Below are positions 48,349 to 57,600 of a DNA stretch of 64,000 nucleotides, one piece after another; the first letter of the stretch is position 1; every line of letters begins with the position of its first letter. A program made the translations under genes and the position numbers. This DNA comes from an uncultured Desulfarculus sp. (GTDB lineage: Bacteria > Desulfobacterota > Desulfarculia > Desulfarculales > Desulfarculaceae): assembly GCA_963665125.2 (NCBI GenBank), contig CAXXUK010000001.1:1568001-1632000 (forward strand), given 5' to 3'. The notes under the pieces are model-generated. The model saw only the letters and a program-made list of their open reading frames with translations, was not told the origin of the DNA and made no database searches.

Positions 48349-48401
48349 TCACTATATATAGTGACCGCCACCTTACCCAAGAAAAAAATTAGCCCTAATC
48401 T
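48349..48401 (+). promoter_or_regulatory. Candidate activator-dependent late promoter 2
   Basis: Perfect palindrome TCACTATATATAGTGA (48349-48364); TAATCT at 48396. Confidence 0.55.
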
Positions 48402-48427
48402 TGATCCAACGACATTGGAGCAAGCAC

Positions 48428-49663
48428 ATGGGCCTTTTTTCGTGGCTAAAACCTAAAAATGCCTCCCCTGAGAACCCTTCCACGCCGCTGAGCAATCCGG
48501 CTGAATGGCTGGTGGAGTGGTTCGGCGGCGGCCCCACCGCTTCGGGCGTAACGGTCAGCGAGGAAACCGCTATCCGTTGCGGCGCCGTCTACGCCTGCGT
48601 ATCCCTATTGGCCCAGTCCATCGCATCCTTGCCCCTGCATGTCTACAAGCGCACCGACGATGGCCGCACCAAAGCCAGAGAGCACCAGCTTTTCGGCCTG
48701 CTGCACGACCAGCCCAACCTGAACATGACTTCGGCGGTGTGCCGCGAGCTGTTGATGACCCATGTGCTGCTTTCGGGCAATGCCTATGCCGTCATAGGCC
48801 GCAACCGAGCCGGGCGTGCCGTGGATCTGCTGCCCATCTTCCCCCACGCGGTGACGGTGGAGCGCAAGGACGGACGCCTGCTTTATCGGGTGAGCCTGGA
48901 GGACGGCGGCCAAGAGATCTTCGACCAGTCGGACATGATCCATGTGCCCGGCATGATGTTCAACGGCGTAACCGGGCTGTCGCCCATCAGCGCCTTCAGA
49001 CAGGCCATCGGCCTGGCCCTGGCCACCGAGCAATACGGGGCAGAGCTGTTCAAGAACGGCGCCCGGCCCGGCGGTGTCTTGGAGCATCCCGAGGCCCTGG
49101 GCAAGGACGCCCGCGACAATCTGCGCCAGAGCTGGCAGGAAACCTACGGCGGGCTCTCCAATGCGCACAAGGTGGCCATCCTCGAAGAGGGCATGACCTT
49201 CAAACCCTTGGCCATGAACTCCAATGACGCGCAGTTCCTGGAAACCCGCAAGTTTCAGGTGGAAGAGATCGCCCGGATCTTCCGGGTGCCGCTGCATCTG
49301 ATCGCCCACGTTGAAAAGAGCACCAGCTGGGGCTCGGGCATCGAGCAGCAGTCCATCGGCTTTGTGATCTACACCTTGCGCCCCTGGCTGACCAAGATTG
49401 AGCAGGAGCTCAACCGCAAGCTGTTTGAGCGCGATGCCGACCACTACGTGGAGCACGACGTAAATGGCCTGCTGCGGGGCGACACCAAGAGCCAATCCGA
49501 AATGTACGCATCGGCCATCCAAAACGCCTGGATGACGCCCAACGAGGTGCGCCGCACCCAGAACCTGCCCGCCCTGCCCGGCGGCGATGGCCTGCTTATC
49601 CAAACAAACATCACGCCCATCACCCAGATGGGCTCGGTGCAGGAGGAAACCAATGCTGATTAA
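48428..49663 (+). CDS. HK97-family portal protein
   Basis: AVYACV..IASLP, GNAY, GLSPI, DAQFLETR, IARIFRVP and TPNEVR. Confidence 0.96.
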   Translation: MGLFSWLKPKNASPENPSTPLSNPAEWLVEWFGGGPTASGVTVSEETAIRCGAVYACVSLLAQSIASLPLHVYKRTDDGRTKAREHQLFGLLHDQPNLNMTSAVCRELLMTHVLLSGNAYAVIGRNRAGRAVDLLPIFPHAVTVERKDGRLLYRVSLEDGGQEIFDQSDMIHVPGMMFNGVTGLSPISAFRQAIGLALATEQYGAELFKNGARPGGVLEHPEALGKDARDNLRQSWQETYGGLSNAHKVAILEEGMTFKPLAMNSNDAQFLETRKFQVEEIARIFRVPLHLIAHVEKSTSWGSGIEQQSIGFVIYTLRPWLTKIEQELNRKLFERDADHYVEHDVNGLLRGDTKSQSEMYASAIQNAWMTPNEVRRTQNLPALPGGDGLLIQTNITPITQMGSVQEETNAD

Positions 49664-50369
49664 GGGCCGACAGGCCAAGCACGAGGTCAAGGCCCAGCCG
49701 CGAAGCTGGTATTCGATCCAGGCCGTGGGCGATGTGGCCACGGTGCGTATCTATGACGAGATCAGCTGGTTCGGCGTCACCGCCGAAGACTTTGCCAACG
49801 ACCTGGACCGCATCGAGGCAGCGGCCATTCACCTGCACCTGAGTTCGCCCGGCGGCGATGTTTGGGACGGCATGGCCATCTACAACGCCCTGAAGCAGCA
49901 CAAGGCCAAGGTGATCACCTTCATCGACGGTGTGGCCGCTTCCATCGCCAGCGTAATCGCCCTGGCCGGTGATGAGGTGCGCATGGCCTCCAACGGCCTG
50001 ATGATGATTCACAACGCCTGGACCCTGGCCGCGGGCAACGCCGCGGACATGATCAAGGCCGCTGAGCTCCTGCAAAAGGTGGACGGCACCATTGCCGGCA
50101 CCTATGCGGCCAAAACCGGCAAGGACGCAGCCGAATTCAAGGCCCTGATGGACGAGGAGACGTGGTTCACCGCCCAGGAGGCCAAGGAGATCGGCTTTGT
50201 GGACGAGATCTACGACGGCAAGACGGAAGACGAGCCCCAGGCCCGCTTTGACCTGAGCATCTTCCGCAATGCGCCCAAGCCCGAACCGGCCCAAGAGCCG
50301 GACAGCCCCATCAGCCGCCAAATGATGATGAAACGCCGCTTGGCAGTGGCCCAGCGGGAATTGCTGTGA
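49653..50369 (+). CDS. ClpP-like head maturation protease
   Basis: SSPGGDV, DGVAASIASVI, MMIHN and ETWFTAQEA..GFVD. Confidence 0.93.
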   Translation: MLIKGRQAKHEVKAQPRSWYSIQAVGDVATVRIYDEISWFGVTAEDFANDLDRIEAAAIHLHLSSPGGDVWDGMAIYNALKQHKAKVITFIDGVAASIASVIALAGDEVRMASNGLMMIHNAWTLAAGNAADMIKAAELLQKVDGTIAGTYAAKTGKDAAEFKALMDEETWFTAQEAKEIGFVDEIYDGKTEDEPQARFDLSIFRNAPKPEPAQEPDSPISRQMMMKRRLAVAQRELL

Positions 50370-50405
50370 GGCGCTGCCCGCAGCGCATAAGCAAAGGAGA
50401 CTGAC

Positions 50406-51656
50406 ATGCTTATCAAGGCCAAACAATTGCGGGAAAAACGCGCCAAGCTGGTCGAGGACGCCCGCGCAATCATGGACAAGGCAGACCTGGGCGCCGATGA
50501 CGAGGCCCGTTTTGACGAGCTGATGGCCGAAGCCGACAAGCTCAAGGCGGAAATCGACCGCCTGGAGCGTCTGGCCGATGCCGAGCACGATCTTTCGGAG
50601 CGCGTCTACCAGCGTGCCGGCCGCGAAGACATCACCACGGGCGAAGCCCAGCGCGACATGGAAGTCGAAAACGAGGTGTTCAACGCCTGGTTGGCGGGCG
50701 GCATGAGCATGCTGAGCGACGAGCAGCGGCAGATCATGGGCCGTTTCCAGGCCAATTCCAATGATCTGCGCCGGATCCAGAATGCCCAGTCCACCGGAGC
50801 CAATACCGGCGGCGGCTACCTGGTGCCCGACGACTTCCGCGCCCTTCTCGAGAAGGTCATGAAGGAATTCGGCGGTATGCGGTCCGTGGCTACGATCCTG
50901 CCCACGGCCACCGGCGGCACCCTGCTGATGCCCACCACCGACGACACCAGCAACAAGGGCGCGATCCTGGGCGAGAACACCCAGGTCAGCGAGCAGGACG
51001 TGACGTTCGGCCAGGTCAGCCTGGACGCCTACATGTACACGTCCAAGCTGGTGCGCGTGAGCCTGCAGCTGCTGCAGGACAGCGCCATCAACCTGCAGAG
51101 CCTGCTGGCCAGCCTGCTGGGCGAGCGCATCGCCCGCATCGTCAACGAGCACTGCACCATTGGCACCGGCACCGACCAGCCCGACGGCATTGTCACCGCT
51201 TCCACCCTGGGCAAGACCGGCGCCGCCGGCCAGGTTGACAGCGTGACCACCGACGACCTGGTGGATCTGGAGCACTCCATTGATCCGGCATACCGCCGGG
51301 GCGCCAAGTGGATGTTCGCCGACAGCACCTTGAAGGTGCTCAAGAAGCTCAAGGACGCCGATGGCCGCTTCTTGTGGCTGCCCGGTCTGGCCACCAGGGA
51401 GCCGGATACCATCCTGAGCTACCCCTTCACGGTGAACCAGGACGTGCCGGCCATGGCCGCGGGCGCCAAGAGCATTCTGTTCGGCGCTCTGCACAAGTAC
51501 ATCATCCGCGATGTGCTGGGGATCCACATGATGCGCCTCAACGAACGCTACGCCGATTACCTGCAGGTGGGCTTCATGGCTTTCAGCCGTCATGACGGCG
51601 AATTGTTGGACGCGGGCGCCCACCCGGTGAAGCACTACGCCAACGCCGCCAGCTAG
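50406..51656 (+). CDS. HK97-fold major capsid protein
   Basis: Coiled-coil delta domain, GGYLVP, GTGTDQPDGI and LKDADGRFLW. Confidence 0.95.
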   Translation: MLIKAKQLREKRAKLVEDARAIMDKADLGADDEARFDELMAEADKLKAEIDRLERLADAEHDLSERVYQRAGREDITTGEAQRDMEVENEVFNAWLAGGMSMLSDEQRQIMGRFQANSNDLRRIQNAQSTGANTGGGYLVPDDFRALLEKVMKEFGGMRSVATILPTATGGTLLMPTTDDTSNKGAILGENTQVSEQDVTFGQVSLDAYMYTSKLVRVSLQLLQDSAINLQSLLASLLGERIARIVNEHCTIGTGTDQPDGIVTASTLGKTGAAGQVDSVTTDDLVDLEHSIDPAYRRGAKWMFADSTLKVLKKLKDADGRFLWLPGLATREPDTILSYPFTVNQDVPAMAAGAKSILFGALHKYIIRDVLGIHMMRLNERYADYLQVGFMAFSRHDGELLDAGAHPVKHYANAAS

Positions 51657-51705
51657 GCCGTAAACGGGGCTGGTTTTTCCTGCCCCTGAACAGGGAGCGG
51701 AACAA

Positions 51706-51846
51706 ATGAAGGTAAAGATGCTGACCGCCATGGCCGGGATGAACTTCAGCTACAGGCCCGGCCAGGTGGTCGATGTAAAGGACGCCCACGGCAAGGCCTG
51801 GATCAAGGCGGGCATCGCCGAAGCGGCTGAAGGAGACAAGAAGTAG
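51706..51846 (+). CDS. Small head-associated protein (46 aa, below the ORF-track cutoff)
   Basis: MKVKMLTAMAG..PGQVVDV..AWIKAGIAE after a GGGAG RBS; typical post-capsid gene. Confidence 0.7.
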   Translation: MKVKMLTAMAGMNFSYRPGQVVDVKDAHGKAWIKAGIAEAAEGDKK

Positions 51847-52440
51847 ATGGCCCTGACGCTGATCACGCCGCCCGCTGCCGAGCCCATTGGTGTTGATAAG
51901 GCCAAGGAGCACGCAAACATCGCCGCGGATTTTACCGCCGATGATGCGCTGCTTGAAGGCTTCATTATCACGGCTAGGCAGAGGGGCGAACTCCTGACCA
52001 ATGCGGCCTGGATCCAGTCCACCTGGGAAGAGCGGCTTATTGCTTTTCCCAAGGGCTTAATCCGCCTGCCCCTGCACCCGGTGCAAGAGGTGATCAGCGT
52101 CAGCTACATCGACGGGGACGGCCAAAGCCAGGCCCTGAGCACCGACGACTATCAGGTGCGCATCTTCGGCCAGTTGAGCCAGTGCGAGTTGCACCCGGCC
52201 TATGGCCGCAGCTGGCCCGCGGCTAGGGCAGTGCCCGATGCGGTGACGATCCGCTTTACCGCGGGCTGGCCAGTGGATGAGGTGCCCGAGGCTCTGCTTA
52301 CCTGGCTCAAGGCCATGGTCAGCACCATGTACGAGCACCGGGAAGACATCCAGGCCGGTTACGGCCAGGGCTTGCAGAAACTGCCGGGCCGTTTCTTCGA
52401 TGGGCTCTTGGACCGCTACACGCTCAAGGAGATGGCCTGA
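51847..52440 (+). CDS. Head-tail connector (gp6-like)
   Basis: ITPPAAEPI, DDALL, AVTIRFTAG and MYEHRE. Confidence 0.88.
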   Translation: MALTLITPPAAEPIGVDKAKEHANIAADFTADDALLEGFIITARQRGELLTNAAWIQSTWEERLIAFPKGLIRLPLHPVQEVISVSYIDGDGQSQALSTDDYQVRIFGQLSQCELHPAYGRSWPAARAVPDAVTIRFTAGWPVDEVPEALLTWLKAMVSTMYEHREDIQAGYGQGLQKLPGRFFDGLLDRYTLKEMA

Positions 52441-52775
52441 TGGGAGCCGGACAGCTGCGCCATATCGTCACCATCCAGCGCCAGAAGCAGGCCACAGGCG
52501 GCATGCTCGAGCCCGTGCGCACCTGGGAAGACGTGGCCAACAACGTGCGGGCCGGGATCGAACCTCTCAACGGCAAGGAATATCTCAGCGCACGGCAGAC
52601 CCAGGACGAAGTGAGCGTGCGCATTCGGATGTGGTATCGGGACGGCGTTGAATCATCCATGCGAGTGGTGCACGGCAGCGAGATCTACAACATCGCCAGC
52701 GTGATCGACCCGGATAAACGCCACCGCAAATTGATTCTGATGTGCACCCAAGGGAGCGAAGGCGATGGCGCGTAA
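52440..52775 (+). CDS. Head closure / head-tail adaptor
   Basis: AGQLRHIVTIQ, MRVVHG and YNIASV. Confidence 0.88.
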   Translation: MGAGQLRHIVTIQRQKQATGGMLEPVRTWEDVANNVRAGIEPLNGKEYLSARQTQDEVSVRIRMWYRDGVESSMRVVHGSEIYNIASVIDPDKRHRKLILMCTQGSEGDGA

Positions 52776-53148
52776 ACGCGGCGGCCTGGTCAAGGCCCAC
52801 GTAGAGACAAGAATGCCGGACGACATTGATCTGTCGGCCATCCTGGATCAGGTCGAGGGCGCCGAAGAGCGCTTGGCCACGGTGGTGGCCGAAGAGGCGC
52901 GGAACAGCACGGCCTTTACCGACGATACCGGCAAGCTGCGCAAGTCCATCAAGGTCGAGAAGAACCCGGACGGCCCAGGCTATGTGGTTTCGGCCCGTGA
53001 CCCCAAGGCCCATCTCATCGAGTTCGGGCACGCCATGGTCACAAAGGACGGCAGAACGGTTGGCCATGTAGAGGCCAAGCCCTTCCTTGGCCCGGCCAGA
53101 GACAAAGTGTTGCCCATGGCCAGGCAGATCATCGAGGGCAACGGATGA
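52765..53148 (+). CDS. HK97 gp10-like tail completion protein
   Basis: DTGKLRKSI, AHLIEFGH and AKPFLGPA. Confidence 0.88.
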   Translation: MARKRGGLVKAHVETRMPDDIDLSAILDQVEGAEERLATVVAEEARNSTAFTDDTGKLRKSIKVEKNPDGPGYVVSARDPKAHLIEFGHAMVTKDGRTVGHVEAKPFLGPARDKVLPMARQIIEGNG

Positions 53149-53531
53149 AGGCGCTGTTTGAAGCCCTGGCCGAACGGTTTAGCGGCTCGGCCCTGGACAC
53201 GGCCTTGGCCGGCAAGCTGTTTGCCGGACGGGCGCCCCAGAGAACGGCGCTGCCCTACGGCTCTTACATCCAGGTGTCGGACGTGCCCAGCTACACCTTT
53301 GACACCACCCATGAGCGCGTGACCCTGCAGTTCGATCTGTACGCCCGGGAAAAGGCCCAGGCCGCGGATCTCTACGAGACGCTCAAGGCCGTTTTCGATG
53401 ACTGCAGGCTGAATGTCAGCGGCTATTTATTCGGCAAGATGGACCGCATCTTTGCCCAGGAATTACAGGAAAAACACTGCTGGCGGTGGATCGTCCAGCA
53501 TGTTGTAACGCTTGAAAAAACAAGGAGCTAG
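53145..53531 (+). CDS. Tail terminator (DUF3168-like)
   Basis: APQ..LPY and TLQFDLY; position before the major tail gene. Confidence 0.75.
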   Translation: MKALFEALAERFSGSALDTALAGKLFAGRAPQRTALPYGSYIQVSDVPSYTFDTTHERVTLQFDLYAREKAQAADLYETLKAVFDDCRLNVSGYLFGKMDRIFAQELQEKHCWRWIVQHVVTLEKTRS

Positions 53532-53534
53532 AAA

Positions 53535-53993
53535 ATGGCAACTTATAGCGGGCGAAAAGCCAGGATTACCGTCAACGCCTCCACCACCGAAGCGCTTATC
53601 ACCGAGATGGGCAACTGGTCCGTGAACCGGAGCGCCGAAGAGGTTGATGCTTCCGCCTTTGGTGACGGCTGGGGCAAGTCCGATGTGGGCATGAAGAAAT
53701 GGTCCGGCTCCATCAGCGGCCATTACGACCCGGCGGACGCCGACGGCCAGAAGGTGCTGGAAGACGCCTACGACAGCGGCGAGCTGATCAGCGATATCCG
53801 CTTCTACATCCAGTACAGCGAAACCAGCGGAGACACCATCCGCTATCTGGCGCCGGATACGGCCAGCGATCCCAAGGCCGGTCTGCGCGTCACCGGCTTC
53901 GACTCCAACGTGGACAAGTCCGGCGTGGCTCAGCTCTCCGTGACTTTCAGCGGCAGCGGCCCGGTCAAGACATTTGAAGCGGTGGTGGCGTAA
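53535..53993 (+). CDS. Major tail tube protein
   Basis: WSGSISG and SVTFSGSG; gene position. Confidence 0.8.
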   Translation: MATYSGRKARITVNASTTEALITEMGNWSVNRSAEEVDASAFGDGWGKSDVGMKKWSGSISGHYDPADADGQKVLEDAYDSGELISDIRFYIQYSETSGDTIRYLAPDTASDPKAGLRVTGFDSNVDKSGVAQLSVTFSGSGPVKTFEAVVA

Positions 53994-53995
53994 CC

Positions 53996-54379
53996 ATGGC
54001 CATGAAATTCAACCTCGAAGAGCTCAACCCCGGCACCTGGTTCGACCTGGGCGAAGACGCCCGCATCTGCCTGCGGGTTTCCAACAAGGATCTGCTTTCG
54101 GCCATCAACAAAAAGGCCACCAAGCAGAAGTGGGACAAACGCGCCCGCCAGATGGTCACGGAAACCGATGACGAAGTGTCCTTTGAGATGCTCCACGACT
54201 ACTGCGTGGTCGATTGGGAAGGCATCGAGGATGAAAAGGGCAAGACCATCGAGTGCACCAAGGAAAACAAGGTGGCCCTGCTGAGCAAATCGCCGCTTTT
54301 CCTGCAACTGGTTTCGGACTGTCTGAGGCAGTTGAACGAGCAAATGGAAGAGCGCCGGGAGCAGGCCCAAAAAAACTGA
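53996..54379 (+). CDS. Tail assembly chaperone (G)
   Basis: VVDWEGIEDE..ECTKENK; ends at slippery site A AAA AAC. Confidence 0.82.
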   Translation: MAMKFNLEELNPGTWFDLGEDARICLRVSNKDLLSAINKKATKQKWDKRARQMVTETDDEVSFEMLHDYCVVDWEGIEDEKGKTIECTKENKVALLSKSPLFLQLVSDCLRQLNEQMEERREQAQKN

Positions 54380-54690
54380 TCGAGCATGTCACACGGCTCA
54401 GGGAGCGCCCGCCGTGTGACATGTGCGCCAAGATCCACGGCAAACGGGGCGAAGAAACGCCCTGCGATGAATGCACACCGCCCCTGCTGCCGGAAAACGC
54501 GGACGCCGTAACCATCTGGAGCATTGTCCAGGACCAGGTGATTCTGGCCCCCATGGGCGGGCCGGTTGCGGTGAACCAATTGGCCATTCATGAGGCCATG
54601 GCGCTCTACGGGGTCCAAGACAAGCGGGACTGCTTCAAGAAAGTGCTGCTGCTTTCCAGGGAGTTCATAGGCGAGAGTAATGGGAATTAG
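54370..54690 (+). CDS. -1 frameshift extension of the tail assembly chaperone (GT)
   Basis: Heptamer AAAAAAC at 54370-54376; the -1 frame is open to 54690. Confidence 0.75.
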   Translation, partial: KKLIEHVTRLRERPPCDMCAKIHGKRGEETPCDECTPPLLPENADAVTIWSIVQDQVILAPMGGPVAVNQLAIHEAMALYGVQDKRDCFKKVLLLSREFIGESNGN

Positions 54691-57600
54691 GATACCGGGC
54701 ATATACGTCGAGATAGCCGGGGACACCACCCAGCTGAAGCAGGACATGACCAGGGCTCGCGGCATTGTGCGCGAGACTGCCGAAGACATGTCCGACGCTA
54801 TCGGTAATGCCCTGGATGATGATCGTGTCAAGCGCTACACTAATTCCCTGATCGGCAACCTCAACAGGGCCCACCGGGCAACTCAGGTTGCCGGACGGCA
54901 GTTTGACAAGCTCAAGCTGGATCTGAAAGAAGTCGGCCACGTCACCGGCTTGACCGACCGTGAATTCCAGCAGCTGCATTCGCGCATGCTCAAGACCCAG
55001 GCCACTAAGACCGCTGAGCGTGCCTTAAAGTCTCTGCAAAGCCAGGCCAACCTGACCAACCTGCAAATGGCCAAGCTGCGCCTTCGTATGGGCGACGCCA
55101 CGGGAGCGGCCCGGACCATGGCCGGCGTTGTCGTTTCCAAGTTCCAGGCCGTCACCAGGACCATATTCAACCTAGGCACGGCGGTTGCCGCCCTGGGCGT
55201 CGGCTATGCCGTGGGCGAGATCTACGACGCTGGCAAGGCCGCGGACCAGCTGAACCGCTCGTTCAAGGCCATTTTCGGCAGCACCCAGGCCGCATCCGAG
55301 GAAATGGATTGGCTGCGGGGCGTGGCCGACCGCCTGGGCCAGAACTTCTGGGATCTGACCGACTCCTACAAGGGCATCGCAGCCGCGGCCAGAGGCACGT
55401 CTCTGGAAGGCGAAGCGGTGCGCAATGTGTTCGAGGCCATAACCATGGCCTCCACCGCCCTGGGCCTTTCGTCGGACCAGACCAAGGGCGCCCTGAACGC
55501 CCTGGCCCAGATGATCTCCAAGGGCACCGTGCAGGCCGAAGAGCTGCGCGGCCAGCTGGGCGAACGGCTTTATGGCGCCTTCCAGGTGGCGGCCAGGGCC
55601 ATGGGCGTTTCCACCGAGCAGCTGGGCAAGATGCTCGAAAAGGGCGAAGTTCTTGCCGCGGACTTCCTGCCCCGGCTTGCCGCCGAGATCAAGAAGACCT
55701 ACGGCGAAGAGGCGGTCAAGAACGTAAACAGCGCCACGGCTGCCCAGAACAAGTTCAGTGAGGCATGGTCCGACTTCATTGTCGAGATCTCCACTTCCGG
55801 CGCACTCGACAGCATGACAGAAACCTTGCGCGATCTGACCGAATCGCTCAAGGATCCCGACGCCAAAGACGCGGCCAAGGCCATTGGCCGGGCCATGGCC
55901 ACAATTGTCGAAGTCGGCGGCAACGCGCTCATAGTCCTGGGCAATATCATCAAAAAAGGCCAGGACCTATACGACAAATTTAACCAGCTCACTGATGCCA
56001 CTGAGGAGGCCCAGCGGGATCATTACCGCGAAAGCTACAAAGAACAAATTGCCCGCCTCCAGGAGATCCTTGAAAAGGCCGGTGACGAAGACAATGGCAT
56101 TTATCATCTCACGGAAGCCGGGATTGAGCGTTTCAAGGCCAAGATAGCCGAACTGCAGTACAAGCTGCAGGAACTTGACATCCAGACCGCCGAATCCCGG
56201 GGCAAGCTTGTCGATGCGGCCAATGCCACCGCCGATGCCTGGGGTTGGGCTGCCGACGAATTTAAAAAGGACGCCAAGGCTTCCACTGATGCGGCCCAGA
56301 GCGGTGCCAAAGCAACAGTCAAGGTCAACGAAAAGGCTGCCAAGCAGCTTGAGATCATCCGAAAGAAGCTTGATGAAAAGGTGGCCCGCATCGATGAGGA
56401 CGCCTTCCAGCGGGAAGTGCGGCAACTCGAGGAACTGGAGCAGGAGCACTCCCGCATTTCCGGCAAGCGCTACCTGACCAACGAGCAATACAACGACAAG
56501 CTCAGCGAAATTGGCCGCCGGGCCACCGAAGACGCCATCAGCCAACTCGAAAAAGAAGTCCAGGCCGCGGACAAGGCCGCCGGGCAAAAGTATGAGGCGG
56601 AAAAGACCTGGCTGCAAAAGACCGTGGAGTCCTGGCAGGACTATGACCACCTGCTCGAGGAAGGCACCAAGAACACCGTAAACGCCGTCAGCGATGCCTG
56701 GTTCGGCTTCATCGATGACTTTGATTTCAGCCTGGATGCCATAGGCGACTCTTTCGGCGATTTGGCCGGCACCATCTTCACGATCTGGAAGCGGATGCTG
56801 GCGCAGCTGCTGGCCCAGTGGACCCTGAGCGGCTTTGCCGGGCTGTTCAGCGGCCAGGGCTTCAGCGGTTTCAGCTTGAACATTGCAGGCCAGGCGGGCG
56901 GATCCACGCTGGCTTCGGCCGGTAACGGCATCAGCTCTTTTGTGAGCAGCCTTTTCGGCTCTGCCGGCGGCCCGACCATAACCGATCAGATGGGCAACTG
57001 GCTGGTTTCCACATTCGGCAACAACCCGGCGGGCTGGACGGGCGCCCTGCCCACCAGCACCTTAATGGGCATGGACGCAGCCACTTGGAGCAGTGTCCTG
57101 GGCACGGCCGGGACCGGCTTGGCAGCGGGCATGGCCGGGTACACCCTGGCTCCGCTGATCTACGGCGACGACAACTACAGCGACATTGGCGGCGGGCTTG
57201 GTTCGGCTGCCGGGGCCGTGATTGGCTCGACGCTGCTGCCCGGTATTGGCACATGGGCCGGGGCCATCTTGGGCGGATTGGCCGGCGGCGGCCTGGGCTC
57301 GCTTTTCGGCGGTGACGATGACAGCGATGCCGAAGAGGCTTTGGGCTATTTTGCCCAGAACATTCAAAAGATCACCAGCGGCGAAGACGGCGGAAGGGCC
57401 TGGCTGGACGCCATCAACCAGTACGAAAAGTCCGACAACAAGGCCCGCTCAAAATACGGCGAGCTTCAGGAAATCTATGAAGAGCTGCGCAAGGCCGGTG
57501 CCCTTGAGTGGTGGGCTCCCGACTACTACACAGGCAAAACCAAGGGCCACCTGGACGATGCATCGTATTGGATGGCATCCAGCGCCTTAGGCGGAATTGA

